Assembly: GCF_003334405.1 (NCBI RefSeq)
Contig: NZ_QOWM01000007.1
Direction: 5' to 3' (one strand)
DNA from: Escherichia coli
GTDB lineage: Bacteria > Pseudomonadota > Gammaproteobacteria > Enterobacterales > Enterobacteriaceae
DNA: 64,000 bases
The notes beneath the pieces are model-generated. The model had not been told where the DNA came from. It worked only from the letters and a program-made list of their open reading frames with translations, and searched no databases. The position numbers and the translations under genes are program-made. Below, piece after piece: positions 47,741 to 58,020 of the stretch (position 1 is the first letter of the stretch; every line of letters begins with the position of its first letter).

Positions 47741-48955
47741 TTTATTCCGCATTGCTAACAGTAAACCAACAATCAAGCCAATTGGTTTGAGATCAACTTC
47801 CTCGAAGTTACCTCGAATAATATAAAAGCTTACAAGCGTTAAAAATAGTAGTAATTGACCATTATAAGGAGTGACGACAACTGTTTTAAACGTTGCATTA
47901 GCTGTCTCTTTGATAATAGAGCCATACAGATAAAGTAAAGCGAGTAGTCCAGCCAAACCCGCTGCAAACCAAATTGACAAAACAACGTTGTGTGGCCCAA
48001 TGGATTGCCTGAACTTCCATGACGGAAAATCTACAACACGCTTATTATATATTGCATGGTAAATATCATCGCCGTAGCCATATCCCTTAAGAGGATTTTC
48101 CATAATTAATGTCCACGCCGTACCTTGAGTACCATTGGTATAGCGATAAGAACTGTCGGTCTGTTGAAGTTTATAAATAAGCCTGTCTTTACCAGCATGA
48201 TCACCTTTATAGGTAAATACACCCACTGCGGCAACAGAAATAACGATGGAAGTCAGCATCAATAATTTCCACTGACGATTTAAGATTAACCATAGCAGAG
48301 TCACTATGAATACTGCCAGCCATGCACCACGAGACAGCGTTCCTAATAGCAGAAATAAGAAAACTGCACTAAAAATTACGAATGCTATTTTATAAGAGGT
48401 TTTCTTGATAAGCCAAAGGTTTAATAATGCTGGAAACAGAAACACCATTGAATCGGAAATACTACGGTGTTCATAGGTGGAAAATGGCATTATTCCTTTA
48501 TTATAATCCTGAATATAAAGAATAAGTTCAACAAGACAACGTAAGCCAAGTCCGGTAACTAATGAGTATAGTACAATTTTACCAATGCTTTCATTATCTT
48601 CATCTTTTAATAATGCAGGTATAAGTAAACTATAGGCCAAAAATCCTTTAAGTACCGTATTACTGAATTCTTTAAAACTGATTTTCAGATCAGGTGATAT
48701 AAAAGTAGCATATAAAAGAATGAGTGATAGTGCCAGGACACTATAAAAAAGATTATTTTTATAGAGTACTTTAAATGTTCCCGGAGCACGAGAAACTTGA
48801 TAGATTACCGTAATAATCATTAGTATAGATATGATGTGTTTATAACGGGTTATACCATCAAGGAAAAAGGTTGCAATAAAGAGGAATACCAACGCTTTAT
48901 TCCAGTACGGTTTCCACTTTTCTTTATTACGTAGCGCCAGCGAGGCTGTTAACAT
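47738..48955 (-). CDS. waaL: O-antigen ligase
   Basis: 405-aa polytopic membrane ORF at the conserved waaL position; AT-rich. Confidence 0.88.
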   Translation of the reverse strand: MLTASLALRNKEKWKPYWNKALVFLFIATFFLDGITRYKHIISILMIITVIYQVSRAPGTFKVLYKNNLFYSVLALSLILLYATFISPDLKISFKEFSNTVLKGFLAYSLLIPALLKDEDNESIGKIVLYSLVTGLGLRCLVELILYIQDYNKGIMPFSTYEHRSISDSMVFLFPALLNLWLIKKTSYKIAFVIFSAVFLFLLLGTLSRGAWLAVFIVTLLWLILNRQWKLLMLTSIVISVAAVGVFTYKGDHAGKDRLIYKLQQTDSSYRYTNGTQGTAWTLIMENPLKGYGYGDDIYHAIYNKRVVDFPSWKFRQSIGPHNVVLSIWFAAGLAGLLALLYLYGSIIKETANATFKTVVVTPYNGQLLLFLTLVSFYIIRGNFEEVDLKPIGLIVGLLLAMRNK

Positions 48956-48993
48956 TGCTTCTCCACCATCTTAAATAATATATAACGTATTAA

Positions 48994-49950
48994 TCAGGAA
49001 TTGATTTTATTAAATACCGTTTCTGCAGTCAGATGAGCAAGATCTTTATCTGGTGCCCTACAAACCACCTGATTCTTCCCATATCCGCCAATTAATCCCG
49101 GATCGGTTGGTCCATAAACCGTGATATTCGGTCGATCCAGTGCTGCAGTTAAATGACTTAACCCAGTGTCTACCGATACCACGAATTTCGCTCCGGCCAG
49201 CACACGGGCAACACCTTCCAGACTCATCTTCGGCAATACTTCAACATAAGCAAATCCTTCCGCCAGTCGTTTCGCCCGTTTTTCCTCATGCGGCGCACCC
49301 CACGGAAGTTTAATGCGAATCCCTGAATCTGCCAGTAAACCAATCAATTCTCGCCAGTGTTCTTCCGGCCAGTGTTTATCATCACGGGTCGTCGCATGAA
49401 GAAATACGGCATATTCGCCAGCATCTGTAGGCAGGTTCGTCAGAAAATGCTGTGCGATAGCATAATCGCCCTGGGTTTGCGGTTTGCTATAGCCCAGACT
49501 TTTGGCAAAAAGTTCGCGGATGCGTTCTACGGCGTGCTGCTGTTTTGCAATATGATGTTTACGATTGTAAAACAGGCTGGCTAAAGGTTCGCGAGCGGTT
49601 TGCCAGTCCATTCCATGCTTTACGCCATGCGCCAGACGCGTCACCAGCGCCGCGCTTTTTACCAGCCCCTGAGCATCGATAACTGCGTCATAGTTCTCTG
49701 CTTGTAGCGCTTCACGAAACGCTTTGCGTTCAGCTTTTATGGGGGCCGAGAACCAGGCTTTACGCCAGCGACGTATTGCCACAGGAATAACTCGCTCAAC
49801 GGCGGCGTGCCAGGAAGGAATCTGTGCGAACCCTTCTTCCACCACCCAGTCAAACTTAATCCCTGGGATTGCCTGCTGGGCATCAGTGAGTGCGGGCAAC
49901 GTATGGAGAACATCGCCCATCGACGATGTTTTAACGATCAAAACCCGCAT
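48994..49950 (-). CDS. waaC: LPS heptosyltransferase I (GT9)
   Basis: 318-aa ORF starting MRVLIVKTSSMGDVLHTLPALTDA; C-terminal approximately 25 residues differ from the K-12 sequence I recall. Confidence 0.93.
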   Translation of the reverse strand: MRVLIVKTSSMGDVLHTLPALTDAQQAIPGIKFDWVVEEGFAQIPSWHAAVERVIPVAIRRWRKAWFSAPIKAERKAFREALQAENYDAVIDAQGLVKSAALVTRLAHGVKHGMDWQTAREPLASLFYNRKHHIAKQQHAVERIRELFAKSLGYSKPQTQGDYAIAQHFLTNLPTDAGEYAVFLHATTRDDKHWPEEHWRELIGLLADSGIRIKLPWGAPHEEKRAKRLAEGFAYVEVLPKMSLEGVARVLAGAKFVVSVDTGLSHLTAALDRPNITVYGPTDPGLIGGYGKNQVVCRAPDKDLAHLTAETVFNKINS

Positions 49951-49953
49951 CCG

Positions 49954-51000
49954 TCAGGCTTCCTCTTGTAACAATAGAGAGTTGAGTTCTTCCAGCACGC
50001 GCTGGGGAGTAATGTCGATCAAGCTCTGGTGATAACCTTCTGCGGCGTCGCCTTTGCGTACTTTGTGATAGCCGGTAATCAGGCGGATCACGCGCGCTTT
50101 ATGGGATAGCGGCGGTGTGAAGTCCGGGCTACTCGGACCATACAGGGCAACCAGCGGACGATTGAGCGCCGCCGCAACGTGCATCAGGCCAGAATCGTTA
50201 GTGACAATGGCTTTACAGGCTGCAATCAGGATAACCGCTTGATCAAGCTGTGTTTCCCCCGCCAGGTTCCGGCACCATGCCTGCTGCTCGGTATTTAAAG
50301 CGGCAAGAATCTCATTGCCCGCTTCATGATCTTTCGCCGAGCCAAACAGAACCACTTGATAACCTTCATCAATCAGTTGCTTTGCCAGTTCCGCATAGTG
50401 GTAGTGTGGCCAGCGTTTTGCCGGACCAAACTCCGCACCCGGGCAAAAACCAATCATTGGACGTTCTGATGAAAGCGAAAATTGATTACAGGTATATGAT
50501 TTTTCACCTTCGCTCACCTGCAACTGCGGCCATAACAATGGCTGCGGCAGATCTTGTGCGGTACGCATAATACCTTTGTCATAGGCCAGCGCCACATAGC
50601 GTTCCACCATCAGCGGCCAGGCTTCTTTATCCAGCACACGCACATCGTTGAGTAAACCGTAGCGCATTTCGCCGCGCCAGCCGGTGCGATGAGGAATACC
50701 CGCGAAGAAAGGCACTAATGCGGATTTGAAGGAGTTGGGTAAAACGTAGGCGCGGTCGTAACGTTTTTCGCGCAGGCTATGACCCAGCTTGCGGCGTTCG
50801 CCAATTTCCAGCGCCCCGTGACCAAGCGGCATAGGAATGGCTTCGTTAACTTCCGGCATCCGCGATAATAATGGACGGCACCATGCCGGTGCCATCACGT
50901 CGATTATCGCCTGGGGATAGCGCGCCTGGAGCGTGCGATAGAGACTTTGCGACATCATCATGTCGCCAACCCATGACGGGCCGATCACCAATATTTTCAT
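49954..51000 (-). CDS. waaF: LPS heptosyltransferase II (GT9)
   Basis: 348-aa ORF starting MKILVIGPSWVGDMMMSQS. Confidence 0.95.
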   Translation of the reverse strand: MKILVIGPSWVGDMMMSQSLYRTLQARYPQAIIDVMAPAWCRPLLSRMPEVNEAIPMPLGHGALEIGERRKLGHSLREKRYDRAYVLPNSFKSALVPFFAGIPHRTGWRGEMRYGLLNDVRVLDKEAWPLMVERYVALAYDKGIMRTAQDLPQPLLWPQLQVSEGEKSYTCNQFSLSSERPMIGFCPGAEFGPAKRWPHYHYAELAKQLIDEGYQVVLFGSAKDHEAGNEILAALNTEQQAWCRNLAGETQLDQAVILIAACKAIVTNDSGLMHVAAALNRPLVALYGPSSPDFTPPLSHKARVIRLITGYHKVRKGDAAEGYHQSLIDITPQRVLEELNSLLLQEEA

Positions 51001-51133
51001 TCACTTCATCCTTCAAGCTGTCTCTGCGGCGGCTGCCTGCGTTCACTCCGGTCACTTACTTTTGTAAGCTCCCGGAGATTCACTTAGTTGCTGCCTTGAT
51101 ACCGCTCGAATGATTTTGTGAATTTACGTTGAT
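51001..51133. repeat. ERIC (enterobacterial repetitive intergenic consensus, IRU) element
   Basis: The minus strand carries GTGAATCTCCGGGAGCTTACAAAAGTAAGTGACCGGAGTGAACGC, matching the ERIC1R/ERIC2 primer-site core (GTGAATCCCCAGGAGCTTACAT / AAGTAAGTGACTGGGGTGAGCG) with 3 mismatches each; about 130 bp, imperfect palindrome; boundaries approximate. Confidence 0.8.
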
Positions 51134-52060
51134 GTCGCGATTCAGCCAGGCCATGTATTCCGTTACGCCTTCGGCAACGGTTTTGAACGGTTTGTCATAA
51201 CCCGCCGCGCGCAGATTCGTCAGATCTGCCTGCGTGAATGCCTGATAGCGGCCTTTCAGTTTATCCGGGAACGGAATGTATTCGATCTGGCCTTTCTTGT
51301 GATAAGCAAGCGTTGCATCGGCTACCGCCTGGAAGGATTCCGCACGACCAGTACCGAGGTTGAAGATGCCGGAAACGCCATTTTCCAGGAACCACAGGTT
51401 TACATCTGCCACGTCGCCAACATAGACGAAGTCGCGTTTAAAGTTCTCGCTACCTTCGAACAGCTTCGGTGATTCACCGTTATTAAGCTGGGTGTTGAGA
51501 TGGAAAGCGACGCTCGCCATGCTGCCTTTATGGCCTTCACGCGGTCCATAAACGTTGAAATAACGGAAGCCAACAATCTGTGAGTTTGCTTCCGGCAGAA
51601 TTTGACGAACATATTCATCAAACAGGAATTTCGAGTAACCGTAGACGTTCAACGGTTTTTCGTACTCGCGGGATTCAATAAAGTCGGAAGTGCGACCGCC
51701 GTAAGTGGCTGCGGATGAAGCGTACAGGAACGGGATTTCACGCTCCAGGCAGTAGTGCAGCAGCTCCTTGGAGTATTGATAGTTGTTATCCATCATATAC
51801 TTGCCGTCCCACTCGGTGGTGGAAGAGCACGCGCCTTCGTGGAAAATCGCTTCGACATCGCCGAACTCTTCGCCAGCCATAATCTGGATCAGGAAGTCTT
51901 CCTTATCCATATAGTCTGCGATATTCAGGTCCACCAGGTTCACAAACTTGGTGCCGTCTTTCAGGTTGTCCACCACCAGAATATCGGTGATGCCTTTGTC
52001 ATTCAGGGCTTTAACGATGTTGCTGCCGATAAAGCCCGCGCCGCCGGTAACGATGATCAT
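51080..52060 (-). CDS. hldD: ADP-L-glycero-D-manno-heptose 6-epimerase (C-terminally extended by read-through into ERIC)
   Basis: 326-aa ORF starting [19 protein letters not shown] (Rossmann fold); from memory the K-12 protein is 310 aa ending ...WLNRDA, here it continues ...[22 protein letters not shown]. Confidence 0.9.
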
Positions 52061-52273
52061 AACTGTAACCTTCGAATTGTGGAGTCAGAGACAATCTCAG
52101 ACACGAATACTTCTATCATATCACTACACGGCGCTGGCTACAGCCATTCACCGAAAGTGGTATGCCTGAGCGTGATTTATGCTTATTTTTTGACAAGTAC
52201 AAATGCTTCATCTCGTATCAACCTATGGCTTTCGGTAATATGTGCTGAAATTTGCCCAGTCTGGAGAATCGCG

Positions 52274-53470
52274 ATGCGTGGAGATTTTTATCAGCAGTTA
52301 GCCAACGATCTGGAAACCGCTCGTGCGGAAGGATTGTTTAAAGAAGAGCGCATTATCACATCCGCTCAACAAGCGGATATCACTGTGGCGGATGGTAGCC
52401 ACGTCATTAACTTTTGTGCCAATAACTACCTGGGGCTGGCGAACCACCCGGAACTGATTGCGGCAGCAAAAGCGGGAATGGATTCTCATGGTTTCGGCAT
52501 GGCTTCGGTGCGTTTTATTTGTGGCACTCAGGACAGCCACAAAGAGCTTGAGCAGAAGCTGGCTGCATTCCTGGGGATGGAAGATGCGATTCTCTACTCT
52601 TCCTGCTTTGATGCTAACGGTGGCCTGTTTGAAACACTGCTGGGTGCGGAAGACGCCATTATCTCCGACGCACTGAACCACGCGTCTATTATTGATGGTG
52701 TGCGTCTGTGTAAAGCTAAACGCTATCGCTATGCCAACAACGATATGCAGGAGCTTGAAGCTCGTCTGAAAGAAGCGCGTGAAGCCGGTGCGCGTCATGT
52801 GCTGATTGCCACCGATGGTGTGTTCTCGATGGACGGCGTGATTGCCAATCTGAAGGGCGTTTGCAATCTGGCAGATAAATACGATGCCCTGGTGATGGTA
52901 GACGACTCCCACGCGGTCGGTTTTGTCGGTGAAAACGGTCGTGGTTCCCATGAATACTGCGATGTGATGGGCCGGGTCGATATTATCACCGGTACGCTTG
53001 GTAAAGCGCTGGGCGGGGCTTCTGGTGGTTATACCGCGGCGCGCAAAGAAGTGGTTGAGTGGCTACGCCAGCGTTCTCGTCCGTACCTGTTCTCCAACTC
53101 GCTGGCACCAGCGATTGTCGCCGCTTCCATCAAAGTGCTGGAGATGGTTGAAGCGGGCAGCGAGCTACGTGACCGTTTGTGGGCGAACGCGCGTCAGTTC
53201 CGTGAGCAAATGTCGGCGGCGGGCTTTACCCTGGCGGGAGCCGATCACGCCATTATTCCGGTCATGCTTGGCGATGCGGTAGTGGCGCAGAAATTTGCTC
53301 GTGAGCTGCAAAAAGAGGGGATTTACGTCACCGGTTTCTTCTATCCGGTCGTTCCGAAAGGTCAGGCGCGTATTCGTACCCAGATGTCTGCGGCGCATAC
53401 CTCTGAGCAAATTACGCGCGCAGTAGAAGCATTCACGCGTATTGGTAAACAACTGGGCGTTATCGCCTGA
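52274..53470 (+). CDS. kbl: 2-amino-3-ketobutyrate CoA ligase (glycine C-acetyltransferase)
   Basis: 398-aa product from [17 protein letters not shown]; the ORF-track entry 51755..53470 is an artefactual 5' extension overlapping hldD. Confidence 0.95.
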   Translation: MRGDFYQQLANDLETARAEGLFKEERIITSAQQADITVADGSHVINFCANNYLGLANHPELIAAAKAGMDSHGFGMASVRFICGTQDSHKELEQKLAAFLGMEDAILYSSCFDANGGLFETLLGAEDAIISDALNHASIIDGVRLCKAKRYRYANNDMQELEARLKEAREAGARHVLIATDGVFSMDGVIANLKGVCNLADKYDALVMVDDSHAVGFVGENGRGSHEYCDVMGRVDIITGTLGKALGGASGGYTAARKEVVEWLRQRSRPYLFSNSLAPAIVAASIKVLEMVEAGSELRDRLWANARQFREQMSAAGFTLAGADHAIIPVMLGDAVVAQKFARELQKEGIYVTGFFYPVVPKGQARIRTQMSAAHTSEQITRAVEAFTRIGKQLGVIA

Positions 53471-53479
53471 GGATGTGAA

Positions 53480-54505
53480 ATGAAAGCGTTATCCAAACTG
53501 AAAGCGGAAGAAGGCATCTGGATGACCGACGTTCCTGAGCCGGAACTGGGTCATAACGATCTGCTGATTAAAATCCGTAAAACAGCCATCTGCGGGACTG
53601 ACGTTCACATCTATAACTGGGATGAGTGGTCGCAAAAAACCATCCCGGTGCCGATGGTCGTGGGCCATGAATATGTCGGTGAAGTGGTAGGTATTGGTCA
53701 GGAAGTGAAAGGCTTCAAGATTGGCGATCGCGTTTCTGGCGAAGGCCATATCACTTGCGGTCACTGTCGCAACTGTCGTGGCGGTCGTACCCATCTGTGC
53801 CGCAACACGATCGGCGTCGGCGTTAACCGCCCGGGCTGCTTCGCCGAATATCTGGTGATTCCGGCGTTCAACGCCTTCAAAATTCCCGACAATATCTCCG
53901 ACGATCTGGCTTCCATTTTTGATCCCTTCGGTAATGCCGTGCATACCGCGCTGTCGTTCGATCTGGTTGGCGAGGATGTGCTGGTCTCTGGTGCAGGTCC
54001 GATAGGTATTATGGCTGCGGCGGTGGCGAAACACGTTGGTGCACGCAATGTGGTGATCACGGATGTTAATGAATATCGTCTCGAACTGGCGCGCAAAATG
54101 GGTATCACCCGTGCGGTCAACGTCGCTAAAGAAAACCTTAATGATGTGATGGCAGAACTGGGTATGACCGAAGGCTTTGATGTCGGTCTGGAAATGTCCG
54201 GTGCGCCGCCAGCGTTTCGTACCATGCTCGACACCATGAACCACGGCGGTCGTATTGCGATGTTGGGTATTCCACCTTCTGACATGTCGATAGACTGGAC
54301 AAAAGTGATCTTTAAGGGCTTGTTCATTAAAGGCATTTACGGTCGTGAGATGTTTGAAACCTGGTACAAGATGGCGGCGCTGATTCAGTCTGGCCTCGAT
54401 CTCTCGCCGATCATTACCCATCGTTTCTCTATCGATGATTTCCAGAAGGGCTTTGACGCTATGCGTTCGGGCCAGTCCGGGAAAGTTATTCTGAGCTGGG
54501 ATTAA
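53480..54505 (+). CDS. tdh: L-threonine 3-dehydrogenase
   Basis: 341-aa zinc-dependent dehydrogenase ORF ([19 protein letters not shown]). Confidence 0.96.
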   Translation: MKALSKLKAEEGIWMTDVPEPELGHNDLLIKIRKTAICGTDVHIYNWDEWSQKTIPVPMVVGHEYVGEVVGIGQEVKGFKIGDRVSGEGHITCGHCRNCRGGRTHLCRNTIGVGVNRPGCFAEYLVIPAFNAFKIPDNISDDLASIFDPFGNAVHTALSFDLVGEDVLVSGAGPIGIMAAAVAKHVGARNVVITDVNEYRLELARKMGITRAVNVAKENLNDVMAELGMTEGFDVGLEMSGAPPAFRTMLDTMNHGGRIAMLGIPPSDMSIDWTKVIFKGLFIKGIYGREMFETWYKMAALIQSGLDLSPIITHRFSIDDFQKGFDAMRSGQSGKVILSWD

Positions 54506-54514
54506 CACGAACAA

Positions 54515-54538
54515 GGGCTGGTATTCCAGCCCTTTTAT
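54515..54538 (+). terminator. rho-independent terminator after tdh
   Basis: gggctgg-tatt-ccagccc stem followed by TTTTAT. Confidence 0.7.
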
Positions 54539-54743
54539 CTGAGGATAATCTGTTAAATATGTAAAATCCTGTCAGTGTAATAAAGAGTTCGTAATTGTGC
54601 TGATCTCTTATATAGCTGCTCTCATTATCTCTCTACCCTGAAGTGACTCTCTCACCTGTAAAAATAATATCTCACAGGCTTAATAGTTTCTTAATACAAA
54701 GCCTGTAAAACGTCAGGATAACTTCAGAGGTCGTCGGTAATTT

Positions 54744-55778
54744 ATGATGAACAGCACCAATAAACTTAGTGTTATTATTCCGTTATATAATGCGGGCGAT
54801 GATTTCCGCACTTGTATGGAATCTTTAATTACGCAAACCTGGACTGCTCTGGAAATCATTATTATTAACGATGGTTCAACGGATAATTCTGTTGAAATAG
54901 CAAAGCATTACGCAGAAAACTATCCGCACGTTCGTTTGTTGCATCAGGCGAATGCTGGCGCATCGGTGGCGCGTAATCGTGGGATTGAAGTGGCAACGGG
55001 CAAATATGTCGCTTTTGTCGATGCTGACGATGAAGTCTATCCCACCATGTACGAAACGCTGATGACCATGGCGTTAGAGGACGACCTCGACGTGGCGCAG
55101 TGCAACGCTGACTGGTGTTTTCGTGAAACGGGAGAAACCTGGCAATCCATCCCCACCGATCGCCTTCGCTCAACCGGCGTCTTAACCGGCCCGGACTGGC
55201 TGCGGATGGGGCTTTCTTCGCGCCGTTGGACTCACGTTGTCTGGATGGGGGTTTATCGCCGTGATGTTATTGTTAAAAATAACATTAAATTTATTGCCGG
55301 ATTACATCATCAGGATATTGTCTGGACAACAGAATTCATGTTTAACGCGCTGCGTGCGCGATATACCGAGCAATCATTATATAAATATTATCTGCATAAT
55401 ACGTCAGTGAGTCGGTTGCATAGACAAGGGAATAAAAACCTTAATTATCAACGTCACTATATTAAGATTACCCGCCTGCTGGAGAAATTAAATCGAAATT
55501 ATGCCGACAAAATTATGATTTATCCGGAATTTCATCAGCAAATAACTTACGAGGCATTGCGTGTTTGCCATGCGGTGCGCAAAGAGCCGGATATTCTTAC
55601 CCGCCAACGGATGATTGCCGAGATATTTACTTCCGGTATGTATAAGCGCCTGATTACCAATGTGCGCAGCGTGAAGGTCGGTTACCAGGCGTTACTGTGG
55701 TCTTTCCGCTTATGGCAATGGCGCGACAAAACGCGGTCGCACCATCGCATTACGCGTAGCGCCTTTAATTTGCGCTAG
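54744..55778 (+). CDS. waaH: GT2-family LPS inner-core glycosyltransferase (glucuronic acid transferase WaaH/YibD)
   Basis: 344-aa ORF with GT2 motifs (LSVIIPLYNAGD, VAFVDADDEV). Confidence 0.88.
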   Translation: MMNSTNKLSVIIPLYNAGDDFRTCMESLITQTWTALEIIIINDGSTDNSVEIAKHYAENYPHVRLLHQANAGASVARNRGIEVATGKYVAFVDADDEVYPTMYETLMTMALEDDLDVAQCNADWCFRETGETWQSIPTDRLRSTGVLTGPDWLRMGLSSRRWTHVVWMGVYRRDVIVKNNIKFIAGLHHQDIVWTTEFMFNALRARYTEQSLYKYYLHNTSVSRLHRQGNKNLNYQRHYIKITRLLEKLNRNYADKIMIYPEFHQQITYEALRVCHAVRKEPDILTRQRMIAEIFTSGMYKRLITNVRSVKVGYQALLWSFRLWQWRDKTRSHHRITRSAFNLR

Positions 55779-56724
55779 CGTTAAACTTCGCCGCTTCGGG
55801 CTGTTTGCCCCAGCCTTGCCACTGATGCTGGAAGTAAACGATCAGCGTGCTCTGGCTGATGCTTTCGCTTAATACTTCAAAGAAGCGATTAGCATAAACA
55901 GGTTCTATCGGTTTCTTCGGTTTGCACAGCTTCACGCCACGGAACGGATTACGCGGTGCATCAGGCACAGCGTTTTTCGGCGGTGTAGAAGTATCAACCT
56001 GCGGTTCATTCAGCAAGCTGCTGGCTTTCACCAGCGTAATGTCTGGCGGCAGGTTATAAACCATCTGTTGTAGCACGCGTACCGTTGAAGGGTGAGGATG
56101 CCCAATGGCAATGGTTGAACCGTTGCGACGCGCCAGATCAATTGCGCGATTAAATTGCACACGGATGTCCGCTTCGTTCTGCGAATCGTCGAGGAACACC
56201 TTCCGTTTGATCACCTTCACGCCAGTACCTTGCGCGGCGCGCATCGCCTGGGTATTACCGATGGTTACGCTGTCGAGGAAGTAAAGATTGTAACGCTCCA
56301 GTGCCTGCATCACTTTCTGCATACCAAACAGGTTAGAGGTCATCTTGCTACCCATGTGGTTGTTGATCCCCACGGCATAGGGCACGTTATTGACCGCACT
56401 ACGAATAATGCGCTCAATTTCGTCGCTGCTCATCTCCGGGCGCAGCGTATTTTTCTCCAGCGGCTGTTTACTCAGTGGTGCCATCGGGAGATGAATCAAC
56501 ACTTCGTGCCCGCTGTTATGCGCTTTGGTCGCCATCTCTCTGGCGTGCGGTGAATCGGGTAATACAGCGACGGAGATAGCGGAGGGCATCGCCAGCACCT
56601 GGTTTTCGTTGTGCGGGCGATACCCAAAATCATCAATGACGATGGCAAGTTTGCCAGCAAGTACGGGGGAGGAGAGCGCCAACAGAGCGGCAAATGCAAG
56701 AACGTTACGACGAAATGGAAACAA
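55765..56724 (-). CDS. yibQ: divergent polysaccharide deacetylase family protein YibQ
   Basis: 319-aa ORF with signal peptide; 3' end overlaps the waaH 3' end by 14 bp. Confidence 0.85.
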   Translation of the reverse strand: MFPFRRNVLAFAALLALSSPVLAGKLAIVIDDFGYRPHNENQVLAMPSAISVAVLPDSPHAREMATKAHNSGHEVLIHLPMAPLSKQPLEKNTLRPEMSSDEIERIIRSAVNNVPYAVGINNHMGSKMTSNLFGMQKVMQALERYNLYFLDSVTIGNTQAMRAAQGTGVKVIKRKVFLDDSQNEADIRVQFNRAIDLARRNGSTIAIGHPHPSTVRVLQQMVYNLPPDITLVKASSLLNEPQVDTSTPPKNAVPDAPRNPFRGVKLCKPKKPIEPVYANRFFEVLSESISQSTLIVYFQHQWQGWGKQPEAAKFNASAN

Positions 56725-56727
56725 AAC

Positions 56728-57987
56728 TTATCTTCCCAACCACGGCTGTGGATTGACCGCCTGACCCTGGCGGCGAATTTCGAAATAGAGTGAAGGCCGA
56801 CCCTGACCGCCACTGCTGCCCACCAGTGCAATTGGCTGGCCCGCGCGAACCTGCGAACCAACGCTCACCAGTGCGCTCTGATTATAGCCGTAAAGACTCA
56901 TGTCGCCTTTACCGTGCTCAACCACCACCACCAGACCGTAACCTTGCAGCCAGTCAGCCAGAATCACCCGACCGTCGGCAATCGCTTTAACTTCAGTACC
57001 TTCAGAGGCACCGATAACCATTCCTTTCCAGCGTAGTTCGCCCTGTAGCTGTTCACCATAGCGATGCAGCGTCGGCCCGCGAACCGGCCAGAATGCCTGA
57101 CCACGCGGCGCACCCAGACCACCGGTACGGGACATCAGCGATTTTTCGCTTTCAGTCGGTTTGTAGGTGGTGCCTTTACGCGTCGCTTCTTTCTGGCGGT
57201 CGCGAACCGCCTGGGCCTCACGCGCTTCTCGTTCAGCACGCGCTTTCGCCGCGGCTTCCGCACGGGCAATGCTGTTACGCAGACGGGATTCGTTGGCACG
57301 CAGTTCACTTAGCTGCTGCTGACCTTGCTGGATGGAAGATTCCAGCCCCGCCAGCGTCTTTTTACGCTCGTTCAGAGCCTGAGTCAGTTTCGCCTGTTGG
57401 GCGCGCTGTTCATATAACAGCGTTTGTTGCTCGCTTTGTTTCTCTTCCAGTTCAGCACGCTGCATGGCGACTTCTTCACGCGTTTGCTTCAACTGGGCAA
57501 TGGTTTCTTGTCGCGCCTGGTTGAGATAGCCGAAATAAGCCTGTAAACGCTGTCCACGCTGGCTTTCTTCACCGCTGAGAATTAGCTGAATACCGGTATG
57601 CTCGCCCTGACGGAATGCGGCATCCAGTTGTGCGGCGAGGCTGCGCTCCTGGGCGGCTTTTTGCTGCTCCAGTTTGGCAATCGACGCGTTCATCTCATCA
57701 ATCTGTTTATTGAGTTGATTGAGCGTGTTTTGCGTTTCGCGCAGCTTACGGGTGGCTTCAGAGATCGCTTCTTCCTGCTTTTTCAATTGTGCGAGCAGGC
57801 TTGCGCGTTGTTGTTGCTTTTGGCGTACCGCGCGCTCTTTCGCGGCGATATCGGCCTGAATAGATTTGAGTTGGTCACGCTCATCCGCGTGGGCGGAAAA
57901 GGCGCACAACAATACGCCAGCGCTAAGAACGCTGGCGTAGATGATGGGCCTGATTGCAAACCTGCGCGGTTTCACGGCCCGTGTCAT
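56728..57987 (-). CDS. envC: murein hydrolase activator EnvC (LytM/M23 domain)
   Basis: 419-aa product from MTRAVKPRRFAIRP; coiled-coil region and C-terminal LytM domain. Confidence 0.92.
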   Translation of the reverse strand: MTRAVKPRRFAIRPIIYASVLSAGVLLCAFSAHADERDQLKSIQADIAAKERAVRQKQQQRASLLAQLKKQEEAISEATRKLRETQNTLNQLNKQIDEMNASIAKLEQQKAAQERSLAAQLDAAFRQGEHTGIQLILSGEESQRGQRLQAYFGYLNQARQETIAQLKQTREEVAMQRAELEEKQSEQQTLLYEQRAQQAKLTQALNERKKTLAGLESSIQQGQQQLSELRANESRLRNSIARAEAAAKARAEREAREAQAVRDRQKEATRKGTTYKPTESEKSLMSRTGGLGAPRGQAFWPVRGPTLHRYGEQLQGELRWKGMVIGASEGTEVKAIADGRVILADWLQGYGLVVVVEHGKGDMSLYGYNQSALVSVGSQVRAGQPIALVGSSGGQGRPSLYFEIRRQGQAVNPQPWLGR

Positions 57988-58020
57988 GGTATTAATCGCC
58001 TTTCCCCTCATGGGGAGGGA

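Noticed and set aside
51755-53470. 571-aa ORF-track entry covering kbl
   Set aside because: The first 173 codons overlap hldD antisense and the hldD-kbl intergenic region; the conserved Kbl N-terminus (MRGDFYQQL) starts at the ATG at 52274.
53489-54514. 341-aa minus-strand ORF exactly antisense to tdh, and similar long antisense ORFs at 57598..58482, 52298..52951, 17860..18363, 20931..21716, 22014..22571, 59119..59631 and 15673..16125
   Set aside because: These lie entirely inside well-supported genes on the opposite strand, have low-complexity Arg/His/Gln-rich translations, and are the expected stop-codon-poor antisense frames of GC-rich coding DNA.
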